Shown here: positions 11,763-21,392 of the stretch, in pieces
Position numbering within the stretch: position 1 is the stretch's first letter
Layout of the letters: the number at the start of each line of letters is the position of its first letter
Source of the DNA: an uncultured Bacteroidales bacterium
GTDB taxonomy: Bacteria > Bacteroidota > Bacteroidia > Bacteroidales > B18-G4
DNA length: 64,000 bases
Assembly (NCBI GenBank): GCA_963753835.1
Contig: CAVWDP010000002.1
Span: 611,578-675,577, forward strand
Direction of reading: 5' to 3'
Translations under genes and position numbers: made by a program
The notes under the pieces: model-generated
Seen by the model: the letters and a program-made list of their open reading frames with translations, nothing else
What the model was told of the DNA's origin: nothing
The model's database searches: none

Positions 11763-11963
11763 GAACCCCTTTGGGGTTCTTATTTCTACTATCATAACCA
11801 TGGGTCACCCCATGGTTACTCCACGGGTTACACCCGTAGTTATTATGGTTCAATCCCTGCGGGATTGATAGTCAATGAACCGCGGAGCGGTTCAACAGCA
11901 ATAACCGCAGGTGAAACCTGCGGTTATTACCATCAAGAGTCCTATCAACCCCAACGGGGTTGA
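11763..11963. repeat. Array of seven consecutive short hairpins (REP-like) immediately upstream of the RAYT-like gene
   Basis: GAACCCC-ttt-GGGGTTC (11763-79). TAACCATGGG-tcac-CCCATGGTTA (11795-818). ACGGGT-tac-ACCCGT (11823-37). CAATCCC-tgc-GGGATTG (11851-67). TGAACCGC-gga-GCGGTTCA (11876-94). ATAACCGCAGG-tgaaa-CCTGCGGTTAT (11901-27). TCAACCCC-aac-GGGGTTGA (11945-63). Confidence 0.85.
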
Positions 11964-12167
11964 ACAATTACGTGTATAATAATTAATACTGAAAATAGGA
12001 AAATGTCACACTTTGATGTGGACTTTTTTAGCAAACCACAAGCTGTGGGAATGATGATATACTATTGATTATTTATTATTAAAGATTGTTATTGAAGATT
12101 TGTGACATTAGAATGAATCGAATTTCTCCAATACTAATCGCCAATAATCACTAGGATATAATCAATC

Positions 12168-13457
12168 TTATTCAGCAATTGGGCTAAATTCTTCCTCAAT
12201 CAGTTTCACTAGCTTCTCACTGGTCGCCATATGACTGCCCATAAACTGCTTGTGTAATGCCTCCATGGGGATGATCTCTGACTGCCTAACGTACTCATAC
12301 AGGGCTGTGAGGATGGCATTACGCCCACCAAAATGCTCACGGAAATGGTGAACGATCACCTTTGCCTTGGTGTCAGGGAGCTCAAGGGTGCTGTCGATGA
12401 TCAACAAGGTTTCTTCAGTGGCCTTGTTAATCAGCTTATGGGCAAACTTAAGACCATCCTCAGAGGTAACAATGATCACATCGGGCCTGGGTGCACCAGT
12501 GTATAATATAGGCTCAGCTGATAGGATAAGATTGGCGGCAGAAAATCCCACACCCACTGTGACCGGATAACTTCCTTTCTTGGTGACCTCAAGGCCACAG
12601 CGCATCCCTGCTTTTACAAAGAGTGAGGCACCGGATTGTACGCCTTCCCCGGCTGTTCCGCTCAAAAATAAACGTACCGGCCTGACCAGCCTTGGAGTGA
12701 ATTCCTTTTCTATCTCCAGCTTCGGATCAAAAAGTGTGGGTGCGTTTTCTTTTTCATTTGTCTGATACACCTTTGGTTCATTGTCGGTATAAACCTTTAT
12801 CTCAATACCTGCTTCTTCGATCAGGGCCTTGAGCTTCATACCCGGATTGCTTTTAACACCGTAGGAAGTACAGATCTCCATCACCTCTACAAGGGAAAAC
12901 CCATCCCTGGAAAAGGCTTCTGCAAGCTGGTCGGAAATATCACCGATGCCTGTGATCCTGCTTACATAGCTGGCGCCAGCGGCTGTTACCAATCCGCAAA
13001 TATCATAACCCTTGTGAGCTGCACCACCCGGGAGGGTAGGGGTTTTGAAACCTTCAGGTGTAAACTCGCTGGGCTGACCTCCGGTCATGCCGTAAAGCAT
13101 ATTGTTATGCACTACAACAGTCATATTATAGCCATTATGTGCAGCATCCAACAAGTGTTGCATCCCGATGGTGGCACCACCATCTCCAATAAAAACAATG
13201 ACCTTTTTATCTGGATTATTGATGCCGGCAGATACACCTGATGCCAGGGCCACCGACCGTCCATGTAATCCATGCACGGTGTGTGTGTCAAAAGCCTTGT
13301 CGATGATTCCCAGACAACCGATATCAGTTACCAGGATAACATCCAGGAGGTCTTTCCCAAGTTTTTGGAGAGCTTTCTCTGTATTCTGGCTGATGGTGGT
13401 ATGTGTACAGCCTTTGCAAAAAGGCAGGGTGCCTGTATTGATAAATTTAGTTTCCAT
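12168..13457 (-). CDS. 2-oxoacid:ferredoxin oxidoreductase, beta (TPP-binding) subunit fused to a gamma domain
   Basis: 429 aa. The N-terminal half has the TPP motif GDGGATIGMQHL...NNMLYGMTGGQ. The C-terminal half is gamma-like (LSGTAGEGVQSGASLF...GSYPVTVGVG). Confidence 0.8.
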   Translation of the reverse strand: METKFINTGTLPFCKGCTHTTISQNTEKALQKLGKDLLDVILVTDIGCLGIIDKAFDTHTVHGLHGRSVALASGVSAGINNPDKKVIVFIGDGGATIGMQHLLDAAHNGYNMTVVVHNNMLYGMTGGQPSEFTPEGFKTPTLPGGAAHKGYDICGLVTAAGASYVSRITGIGDISDQLAEAFSRDGFSLVEVMEICTSYGVKSNPGMKLKALIEEAGIEIKVYTDNEPKVYQTNEKENAPTLFDPKLEIEKEFTPRLVRPVRLFLSGTAGEGVQSGASLFVKAGMRCGLEVTKKGSYPVTVGVGFSAANLILSAEPILYTGAPRPDVIIVTSEDGLKFAHKLINKATEETLLIIDSTLELPDTKAKVIVHHFREHFGGRNAILTALYEYVRQSEIIPMEALHKQFMGSHMATSEKLVKLIEEEFSPIAE

Positions 13458-14556
13458 GACGCTTCACCTCCTCTATGATTTCATCTGGGCTAATCATGCG
13501 CCCGATGGTATTAACATTATGGATATTCGCCGGGGGCCTGGCACCAAAAAGCAATTTGCTGTAAAGCCCGTGATGATTTTCTTCGGCAATGATCACCTTG
13601 TTGTATCCTGAAATAATATTTAAATAAATATCAGGGATTGGCAGCAGGGTTTTTGGGATGAGCAAAGAAACAGCCTTACCTTCTCCTTTTAACCTCAGTG
13701 CAGCTTCCCTGGCAGCATTAGCCGTGATTCCATAAGATACGAGCAATGTGTCTGCTGCATCTTCCTTAATCAGATCGTAATGCAAGTAAGTGTCCAGGTT
13801 ATTTTCGATCTTCTCATGTATCGCAATGGTATTTCCCAGGGCAGCTGGCGTAATCCCTTCAAGGATGCCATTCTCATTGTGCGTGGAAGCAGTATACCTT
13901 ACCTGGTGCTTGCTATTACTCACGGATAGGAAATCAGGAACCCCTTTTTCATTTCGCTTATATGGAATAAAAGTTTCATCTGCTGAGTAATGCTTTCTTT
14001 CAAGCGGTTTTATCTCTTTCAGGCTATCCAGATCGAAGCTGAATTGTGTCATTACTTCTTCTTTCGATGTGAGCAGGATCACCGGCGTGCGAAGGTTAAC
14101 AGCAGTTTTAAGTGCCTGCTCTGCCATTTCCCAGCAATCGGTTGCTTCTGAAGTGCTGATCACAGGAATGGAATATCCACCCGAGAGCATGCCGTCAAGC
14201 AAGGTAATGTCGCCCTGTGCACCGCTGGTGGCTGTTCCTGTGGCAGGTCCTAATCGTTGCACCAATATGATCACCATGGGCAGTTCCATCATGTATGCCA
14301 TATTGATGGATTCAAGCATGAGGGCAAAGCCCGGGAAGGAAGTTGCCGTGACCGGTAATTTGCCGGCTGTTGCAAAGCCGCTCATCCATTGTAGGGTGGT
14401 GATCTCATCAGGTGCAGCGAAAAAAGTTTTAAATCGTTTTCCCGAAAAGAGGTAGAGGTTGTTGGCCGGCGTAATGGGGTAGCCGATAAACACCTCTGCA
14501 CCTGCCCTCACAAGGGCTTCGGTTATCAATCTTGATCCGTCAATTAAAGCCTGCAT
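13447..14556 (-). CDS. 2-oxoacid:ferredoxin oxidoreductase, alpha subunit
   Basis: 369 aa. GYPITPAN motif near the N-terminus. Overlaps the downstream beta gene by 11 nt. Confidence 0.85.
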   Translation of the reverse strand: MQALIDGSRLITEALVRAGAEVFIGYPITPANNLYLFSGKRFKTFFAAPDEITTLQWMSGFATAGKLPVTATSFPGFALMLESINMAYMMELPMVIILVQRLGPATGTATSGAQGDITLLDGMLSGGYSIPVISTSEATDCWEMAEQALKTAVNLRTPVILLTSKEEVMTQFSFDLDSLKEIKPLERKHYSADETFIPYKRNEKGVPDFLSVSNSKHQVRYTASTHNENGILEGITPAALGNTIAIHEKIENNLDTYLHYDLIKEDAADTLLVSYGITANAAREAALRLKGEGKAVSLLIPKTLLPIPDIYLNIISGYNKVIIAEENHHGLYSKLLFGARPPANIHNVNTIGRMISPDEIIEEVKRHGN

Positions 14557-14585
14557 AAGCCTTTTTTTTGTGTTAATTAGATTTA

Positions 14586-14642
14586 AACCGATTCAATTTA
14601 TTTAACTGATATAACCAATTCAACTGATTTAACCGATTCAAC
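14586..14642 (+). repeat. Cluster of AACC(G/A)ATTCAA(C) words in the divergent promoter region
   Basis: aaccgattcaa (14586-96), aaccaattcaac (14613-24), aaccgattcaac (14631-42). The same 12-mer aaccaattcaac recurs at 47551-62. Confidence 0.6.
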
Positions 14643-14769
14643 AGTTAAAATGTGAAACATTTTAACAAAAGGCAAAGGTAGAAAAGAAGCGTTATACTAA
14701 AGGTATAAATTCCTAATTTTGAGCGAAAATAAATATTTATTTTTATTGTGAATTCAATAACAATATGTA

Positions 14770-14777
14770 TAATTTTG
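14770..14777 (+). promoter_or_regulatory. -7 box TAATTTTG upstream of gcdH
   Basis: TAnnTTTG 34 nt upstream of the ATG at 14812. Confidence 0.45.
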
Positions 14778-14811
14778 CCGGTTATTCGAAGTCTACTTAA
14801 ACCATTATAAT

Positions 14812-15993
14812 ATGTCAGCAACAGTTCAATTTGAGGCTCCTGACCACTACATGGTGGATGAGCTTTACACCGACGAGCAAAAGATCGTCCGTGATGCAGC
14901 AAGGGATTGGGTCAACCGTTCGGTTAAACCCGTTATTGAAGATTATTTTGAAAGAGCAGAATTTCCACGTCCACTCATAAAGGAAATGGGTGAATATGGC
15001 ATGTTCGGCCCGTTCATTCCTGAAGAGTATGGTGGCCCTGGTCTGGATTATACGTCCTACGGCCTGATCATGCAAGAACTTGAAAGAGGAGACTCAGGGA
15101 TTCGTTCTATGGCTTCCGTACAAACTTCCCTGGTATGCTTTCCAATATGGAAATATGCTACTGAAGAACAAAAACAGAAGTGGCTTCCACGACTTGTAAG
15201 CGGTGAGATCATTGGCTGTTTTGGCCTGACCGAGCCTAATCATGGCTCTGACCCGGGCAGCATGGTTACACGATTTGAAGATAAAGGCGACCATGTGGTA
15301 CTGAATGGTGCCAAAATGTGGATCACAAACTCCACTATTGCCGACATTTCAGTTGTTTGGGCCAAAGACGAGCAGGGTGTGATCAGGGGTATGGTTGTTG
15401 AGGCTGGTGGCGAAGGCTACTCGGCACCGGAAACACACGGAAAATATTCACTTCGTGCTTCCGTAACAGGCGAACTTGTATTTGATAATGTAAAAGTCCC
15501 TAAAGAAAACCTCTTTCCGGAGATCACCGGACTTCGTGGTCCTTTGAGCTGCCTGAACTCAGCCCGCTATGGCATTGCCTGGGGCGCTATTGGCGCCGCC
15601 ATGGACTGCTATGACGCGGCCCTGAGGTATGCGCTCGAACGCAAACAATTTGGCAGGCCAATCGCAGGTTTTCAACTCCAGCAGAAGAAACTTGCTGAAG
15701 CGCTGACAGAGATCACCAAAGCGCAACTCTTGATCTGGCGCCTGGGAGCACTGCGTGATGAAGGTAAAGCTACGGCTGCCCAAATTTCCATGGCGAAGCG
15801 TAATAATGTGAACATGGCCCTGGAGATCGCACGCGAAACACGGCAGATCCTGGGTGCTATGGGTATTACCAACGACTTCCCCATGATGCGCCACATGATG
15901 AATCTCGAATCAGTGATCACTTATGAGGGTACACATGATATACATCTCCTGATCACCGGCCACGCTGCAACTGGAATTCCTGCGTATAAATAG
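14812..15993 (+). CDS. gcdH: Glutaryl-CoA dehydrogenase
   Basis: 393 aa acyl-CoA dehydrogenase. GLTEPNHGSDPGSM and the C-terminal RNNVNMALEIARETRQILGAMGI...NLESVITYEGTHDIHLLITG closely track glutaryl-CoA dehydrogenase signatures. Confidence 0.85.
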   Translation: MSATVQFEAPDHYMVDELYTDEQKIVRDAARDWVNRSVKPVIEDYFERAEFPRPLIKEMGEYGMFGPFIPEEYGGPGLDYTSYGLIMQELERGDSGIRSMASVQTSLVCFPIWKYATEEQKQKWLPRLVSGEIIGCFGLTEPNHGSDPGSMVTRFEDKGDHVVLNGAKMWITNSTIADISVVWAKDEQGVIRGMVVEAGGEGYSAPETHGKYSLRASVTGELVFDNVKVPKENLFPEITGLRGPLSCLNSARYGIAWGAIGAAMDCYDAALRYALERKQFGRPIAGFQLQQKKLAEALTEITKAQLLIWRLGALRDEGKATAAQISMAKRNNVNMALEIARETRQILGAMGITNDFPMMRHMMNLESVITYEGTHDIHLLITGHAATGIPAYK

Positions 15994-16065
15994 GGTGCGA
16001 GGTGCGAGGAAATTAACCTTCTATCCTTGTGCTTTGAAGCATGGCGAAGGAGTATTCTATCCCCT

Positions 16066-16140
16066 TCGAATATCGAGTATCGAATATCGAGTTTCATGTA
16101 TCATGTATCATGTATCGAGTTTCGAGTTTCATGTATCATA
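16066..16140. repeat. Degenerate short-word stutter repeat (cgaatatcgagt / tcatgtatca units)
   Basis: cgaatatcgagtatcgaatatcgagtttcatgtatcatgtatcatgtatcgagtttcgagtttcatgtatca, located in the 3' intergenic region. Confidence 0.8.
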
Positions 16141-16154
16141 TTGTAATTTGTAAA

Positions 16155-16180
16155 TAAAAAAACCCCGCAGTGCTGCGGGG
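16155..16180 (-). terminator. Rho-independent terminator for the giant minus-strand gene (weakly bidirectional)
   Basis: aaaaaaaCCCCGCAGtgCTGCGGGG. Read on the minus strand, the hairpin is followed by a T7 run. Confidence 0.8.
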
Positions 16181-16211
16181 TCTTGACGATCTGAGAAAAG
16201 TTTACCTAAAC

Positions 16212-19200
16212 TTAATTCTGTACTTTTACCTTGCGGATGACTTGTGTGTCACCTGCTTGAATGCGTAGCAAGTACATACCATTAACCAGATCGGATATAT
16301 AAAGCTGTTGTGAGTAGGACCCAGCACTCTGGTATCCATAACTCGACTCCTGCATTTTATTTCCAAGCATATTGTAAAGTTCAAAGCTTACGTTTTCGTC
16401 CTTTTCAAGAGTATAATTGACATTTACAATACTTCTTGCAGGGTTGGGATACACATTAATAGCGCTTTCGTTGATGGTGCTTCCTTCTTCAACAGAAACT
16501 GTGATGGAAAGCGGGATCAGTTCGCCACCACCAGCCAGTGATACCCAGAGGCCGAAAGCAGGGCCATTGCTGTTGTTGGCAGGATTCAGGAATCCGGAGG
16601 CAACAACTGAAATAGCCTGTCCTTCAAGTCCGAGCGTAGCCAGGGGAGCAAGGTAAGCAGCAACAACCACCGTACCTGTTTCATCCCTTACTTCCAGGGT
16701 ATAGTCATTTGTTTCCAGTTCAAGGTAATCGGCGTATTCACCGTACATCAGGTCTTCGATGATAGGACCGCCCACAAAGGCAGTTTCCCAGATATCGACA
16801 GTTGGTGCATCGGTTGAACCGTGGAATACCAGAACATCAGTCATCGCATTATTCATCGCTCCTTCCCTTGCCATAGGGTATACATAGATATCGAATGGCT
16901 GTGAGGGATCGTAACCAGTCGGACTGACGATACCATTTGCAACGAGCTGGTATTTTTCGCCTCCTTCAAGGGTATAGTTCTGCGACCAGAGCGGATCCTC
17001 AGGACTTGTGCTTGTAGGAGGCTGAATGGCGATGGTAAACTCTTCACCGGCCGGTGCATCGATGAACGGGCTGGCGGTCCTGAACGCAAAGTTGTCGATC
17101 AGGAGCACATCATTCAGCCATACATCTACTTCTGCAGCGGCAAGGTCAGCTGAGTTATGGATCACCTGTACACGCGCAGTGCTGATGTCTTCAGCAGGAA
17201 GCTCGAGCAGTTCACCACCCATCATGGTAGCTACCCAGAGACCAAAGGCCTCACCATTGCTGTTGCTTGCGGGATTCAGGAATCCGGAAGCTATTACTGT
17301 AATTGCGTTTCCATCCAGTCCGAGTGTACTCAGAGGGGCAGCATATTGTGCCACAACATCGGTACCGGCTTCATTCCTGACCTGCAGTGAATAGTCAGCC
17401 GTCGGAAGTTCCATGTAGCTGGTATATTCACCATATGCAAGGTCATCAATGATCGCCCCGGCGCCCTGTCCAACTTCAACTACGTCGACAATTGGAGCAT
17501 CGGTTGAGCCGTGGAATACGAGAACATCAGTGTTCATCATATCCATACCGATCTGCCTGGCCTGAGGATATACATAGATATCGAAAGGTTCATTTGGTTC
17601 ATACCCTTCAGGGCTAACAATACCATTGGCTACAAGGATATAGGTCTCACCTCCTTCAAGTGTGTATTCTTTTGACCAGATTGGATTCAGCGGGTTGCTG
17701 CTGTTCGGTCCCTTCACCGAGATCGTGAATGCTTCACCGGCCGGTGCATCAATAAATGGCGTAGCCGTTCTGAATTCGAAGTCATCAATGAGAAGGCTGT
17801 TGTTCAGCCAAATGTCAACAACCCTTGCATTGGTGTCAGCCGAGTTATGGATAACCTGAACACGTGCTTCACTTGGTTCCTCCGGTGCAAGCTCAAACAG
17901 GTCACCGCCTTCGGCAAATGCCAGCCAGAGGCCAAATTCTTCACCATTGCTGTTTGATTCAGGATTCAGGAACCCTGAGGCTACGATGGTGCCTGCTTCA
18001 CCCTGCATACCGAGTGCATAGAGGGGTGTAACATATTCAGAAATGATCTGAGTGCTGGTTTCATCCCTCAGCTGAAGGTCGTAGTTTAACGTAGGGAGCT
18101 CAAGATAACTGGCAAAATCTCCATACGATAAGTCATCTAAGATAGGTCCGTTAACGATTTTAGTTTCCCAAATATCAACGGTCGGGGCATCTGTTCCCCC
18201 ATGGAAAACGAGAATGTCAGTCTTGTCTATGTCAGTGCCGGTCTCCCTGGCCTGGTCGAATACATAGATGTCGAAAGGCTGCAAAGGTGTGTAGCCGGTC
18301 GCGCTGACAATACCGTTGGCAATAAGGATATACTTTCCATTGGGTGCCAGTGTATAGTCCTGTGACCAGAGCGGGTTGCTTGAGCTTGTGCTGGTAGGAG
18401 GTTGAATTGAAATGGTGAATTTTTCACCAGCCGGTGCGTCGATGAACGGTGTTGCAGTCCTGAACTCAAAGTCGTCGATCAGGAGCATATCATTCAACCA
18501 TACATCTACAAATTCAGCAGCTTCATCAGCCGAGTTGTGGATCACCTGTACACGGGCAGTGGAGATCGCTTCAGCAGGAAGTTCGATCAGGTCACCACCA
18601 GCGGCAAGTGCAACCCATAAGCCAAATGCAGGACCATTGCTGTTCATAGCGGGATCCAGGAAACCTGAAGCTACCACGCTGAGCGCTTCACCATCAAGTC
18701 CAAGCGCACTGAGCGGAGCAGCATACTGAGCTACGACATCGGTTCCGGCTTGATTCCTGATCTGCAGGGAATAGTCGGCTGTAGGAAGCTCGAGATACCC
18801 GTCAAAGCTGCCATAAGCAAGATCATCAATGACCGTACCTGCGCCTGCAGCAACTTCAACTACATCCACAACGGGTGCGTCGGTAGATCCGTGAAATACC
18901 AGTACATCAGTATTCATTATATCACTTGCAGTTTCCCTGGCAAGCGGATATACGTAAATGTCAAAAGGCTGTGCAGGTTCATAGCCTGTCGGGCTTACAA
19001 TCCCATTTGCAACAAGGATGTATTTTTCACCACCGGTAAGGGTGTAATTCTGTGACCACAGCGGATTATCGGGACTTGTGCTGTTGGGTGGTTGAATTGA
19101 AATGGTGAACTCTACAACGGCAGGAGCATCGATGAACGGAGTGGCTGTCCTGAATTCAAAGTTTGGGATCAGCTTGACATCGTCCAGCCAAACATCAACG

Positions 19201-21392
19201 GTCTCGGCTGCAAGATCAGCAGAATTATGGACCACCTGTACACGGGCAGTGGAGATCGCTTCAGCAGGAAGTTCGATCAGGTCACCACCAGCGGCAAGTG
19301 CAACCCATAAGCCAAATGCAGGGCCGTTGCTGTTCATAGCGGGATCCAGGAAACCTGAAGCTACCACGCTGAGCGCTTCACCATCAAGTCCAAGCGCACT
19401 GAGCGGAGCAGCATACTGAGCTACGACATCGGTTCCGGCTTGATTCCTGATCTGCAGGGAATAGTCGGCTGTAGGAAGCTCGAGATACCCGTCAAAGCTG
19501 CCATAAGCAAGATCATCAATGACCGTACCTGCGCCTGCAGCAACTTCAACTACATCCACAACGGGTGCGTCGGTAGATCCGTGAAATACCAGTACATCGG
19601 TATTCATCATATCACTTGCAGTTTCCCTGGCAAGCGGATATACGTAAATGTCAAAAGGCTGTGCAGGTTCATAACCTGTCGGGCTTACAATCCCATTTGC
19701 AACAAGGATGTATTTTTCACCACCGGTAAGGGTATAATTCTGTGACCACAGCGGATTGTCGGGACTTGTGCTGTTGGGTGGTTGAATTGAAATAGTAAAT
19801 TCTACGCCCTGTGGAGCATTGATGAACGGAGTGGCTGTCCTGAATTCAAAGTTTGGGATCAGCTTGACATTGTCCAGCCAAACATCAACGGTCTCGGCTG
19901 CAAGATCAGCAGAGTTGTGGATCACCTGCACACGGGCCGGACTGATCGCTTCAGCAGGAAGCTCAACCAGTGGTCCACCGGAAGCAAGAGCCACATAAAG
20001 TCCAAAGATGTTGCCTGTGCCCCAGTATGCCGGATCCAGGAAACCAGAAGCAACGACGCTGATGGCCTGGCCATCGAGGGTCAGTGTGCTCAGCGGAGCG
20101 CCATATTGTGCAACTACGGTACTTCCTGTTTCATCCCTGATCTGGAGCGAATAGTCAGCTGTAGGCAGGTTGAGGTAACCATCAAAGGCACCGAAAGCAA
20201 GATCATCAGATAAGGTAGTCGGGCCCTGGGACACTTCAACTACATCAACAACAGGCGCATCGGTGGAACCGTGAAATACCAGCACGTCGGTATTCATGGC
20301 ATCACCTGCAATTTCCTGGGCCATGGGATAAACAAAGATGTCGAATGGCTGCTCAGGCGGGAATGAAGCAGCAGCTACATTACCTCCTGCAACCAGGATA
20401 TATTTTTCTCCTCCGGCGAGAGTGTAATTCTGCGACCAGATAGGACTATTCGGGCTTGTGCTGCCTGGAGGCTGAATGGAAATAGTGAATTCAACATTCG
20501 CAGGAGCATCTATAAATGGAGTAGCAGTCCTGAAATCAAAATCAGGGATCAGCTTAACATTGTCCAGCCATACATCTACTGATGCAGCAGCCGGATCGGC
20601 TGAATTGTGGATCACCTGTACACGGGCAGTTGAGATGGCTTCTGAAGGAAGCTCGATCAGGTCACCACCACTGGCAAGTGCTACCCACAATCCGAATGAT
20701 GGGCCATTGCTGTTCATAGAAGGATCCAGGAAGCCTGAAGCTATAACACTGAGTGCTTCACCATCGAGAGCAAGCGTACTGAGCGGAGCAGCATATTGGG
20801 CTACAACGTCGGTACCGGCCGAATTCCTGATCTGCAGCGAATAGTCTGCAGTTGGAAGCTCGAGGTATCCGTCAAATTCACCATAGGCAATGTCATCGAC
20901 TATCGTACCTGCACCTGCAGCTACCTCAACGACATCAACAAGCGGAGCATCGGTTGAACCGTGGAATACAAGCACATCAGTGCTGGTTCCTGAAATAGCT
21001 ACTTCCCTGGCCATCGGATATACATATATATCAAATGGAGTAAGCGGGTCATAGCCACTGGGGCTAACTATACCGTTAGCAATGAGTACATAAGTTTCAC
21101 CGTCGGCAAGCGTGTAGTTCTGTGACCACAGCGGATTGCTCGGACTGGTGCTGTTGGGAGGCTGAATAGAAATGGTAAATTCAACATCAGCAGGGGCATT
21201 GATGAATGAAGTAGCTGTCCTGAATTTGAAATTTTCGATCAACAATTCATCATCAAGCCATACATCAACGGTTTGAGCAGCCATATCGGCTGAATTATGA
21301 ATAACCTGCACCCTGGCCTGGCCAAGAGCAGTTGCAGAAAAACTAAAAATAGCTACTGCTAACACGAGTAAGAGTTTGTTCATTGTTTTCAT
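16212..21392 (-). CDS. Giant T9SS-secreted surface protein, seven tandem units each with two DUF4397-like domains
   Basis: 1726 aa from ATG 21392 (MKTMNKLLLVLAVAIFSFSATALGQA signal). Seven units begin with ARVQV(I/V)HNSAD. The second half-domain motif is DVLVFHGSTDAP.VDV. The 82-aa CTD is INVYPNPARS...MYLLRIQAGDTQVIRKVKVQN. The upstream extension to 21494 in the track ORF is unlikely to be translated. Confidence 0.85.
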   Translation of the reverse strand: MKTMNKLLLVLAVAIFSFSATALGQARVQVIHNSADMAAQTVDVWLDDELLIENFKFRTATSFINAPADVEFTISIQPPNSTSPSNPLWSQNYTLADGETYVLIANGIVSPSGYDPLTPFDIYVYPMAREVAISGTSTDVLVFHGSTDAPLVDVVEVAAGAGTIVDDIAYGEFDGYLELPTADYSLQIRNSAGTDVVAQYAAPLSTLALDGEALSVIASGFLDPSMNSNGPSFGLWVALASGGDLIELPSEAISTARVQVIHNSADPAAASVDVWLDNVKLIPDFDFRTATPFIDAPANVEFTISIQPPGSTSPNSPIWSQNYTLAGGEKYILVAGGNVAAASFPPEQPFDIFVYPMAQEIAGDAMNTDVLVFHGSTDAPVVDVVEVSQGPTTLSDDLAFGAFDGYLNLPTADYSLQIRDETGSTVVAQYGAPLSTLTLDGQAISVVASGFLDPAYWGTGNIFGLYVALASGGPLVELPAEAISPARVQVIHNSADLAAETVDVWLDNVKLIPNFEFRTATPFINAPQGVEFTISIQPPNSTSPDNPLWSQNYTLTGGEKYILVANGIVSPTGYEPAQPFDIYVYPLARETASDMMNTDVLVFHGSTDAPVVDVVEVAAGAGTVIDDLAYGSFDGYLELPTADYSLQIRNQAGTDVVAQYAAPLSALGLDGEALSVVASGFLDPAMNSNGPAFGLWVALAAGGDLIELPAEAISTARVQVVHNSADLAAETVDVWLDDVKLIPNFEFRTATPFIDAPAVVEFTISIQPPNSTSPDNPLWSQNYTLTGGEKYILVANGIVSPTGYEPAQPFDIYVYPLARETASDIMNTDVLVFHGSTDAPVVDVVEVAAGAGTVIDDLAYGSFDGYLELPTADYSLQIRNQAGTDVVAQYAAPLSALGLDGEALSVVASGFLDPAMNSNGPAFGLWVALAAGGDLIELPAEAISTARVQVIHNSADEAAEFVDVWLNDMLLIDDFEFRTATPFIDAPAGEKFTISIQPPTSTSSSNPLWSQDYTLAPNGKYILIANGIVSATGYTPLQPFDIYVFDQARETGTDIDKTDILVFHGGTDAPTVDIWETKIVNGPILDDLSYGDFASYLELPTLNYDLQLRDETSTQIISEYVTPLYALGMQGEAGTIVASGFLNPESNSNGEEFGLWLAFAEGGDLFELAPEEPSEARVQVIHNSADTNARVVDIWLNNSLLIDDFEFRTATPFIDAPAGEAFTISVKGPNSSNPLNPIWSKEYTLEGGETYILVANGIVSPEGYEPNEPFDIYVYPQARQIGMDMMNTDVLVFHGSTDAPIVDVVEVGQGAGAIIDDLAYGEYTSYMELPTADYSLQVRNEAGTDVVAQYAAPLSTLGLDGNAITVIASGFLNPASNSNGEAFGLWVATMMGGELLELPAEDISTARVQVIHNSADLAAAEVDVWLNDVLLIDNFAFRTASPFIDAPAGEEFTIAIQPPTSTSPEDPLWSQNYTLEGGEKYQLVANGIVSPTGYDPSQPFDIYVYPMAREGAMNNAMTDVLVFHGSTDAPTVDIWETAFVGGPIIEDLMYGEYADYLELETNDYTLEVRDETGTVVVAAYLAPLATLGLEGQAISVVASGFLNPANNSNGPAFGLWVSLAGGGELIPLSITVSVEEGSTINESAINVYPNPARSIVNVNYTLEKDENVSFELYNMLGNKMQESSYGYQSAGSYSQQLYISDLVNGMYLLRIQAGDTQVIRKVKVQN
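16480..21317 (-). repeat. Intragenic tandem repeat, 7 units of about 690 bp
   Basis: Unit 1 is exactly 230 aa by count. Units 3 and 4 (19248-19937 and 18558-19247) differ at only 6 of 230 residues, and long DNA stretches are identical at a 690-nt offset. Confidence 0.9.

Noticed and set aside
11724-11963. 79-aa plus-strand ORF upstream of the RAYT-like gene
   Set aside because: It is a read-through of seven palindromic hairpins (Gly/Tyr/Pro-rich nonsense). The hairpin interpretation explains the sequence better.
16066-16140. CRISPR array, considered for the stutter tracts here and at 48387-48425 and 53601-53632
   Set aside because: The units are 6-14 nt, degenerate and contiguous without unique spacers. 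No cas genes are present in the window.
16417-20844. Series of 65-122-aa plus-strand ORFs antisense to the giant gene
   Set aside because: They recur with the 690-nt repeat period, are Ala/Ser/Pro-rich, and lie fully inside a well-supported 5.2-kb coding frame on the other strand. They are a by-product of repeat and codon bias.
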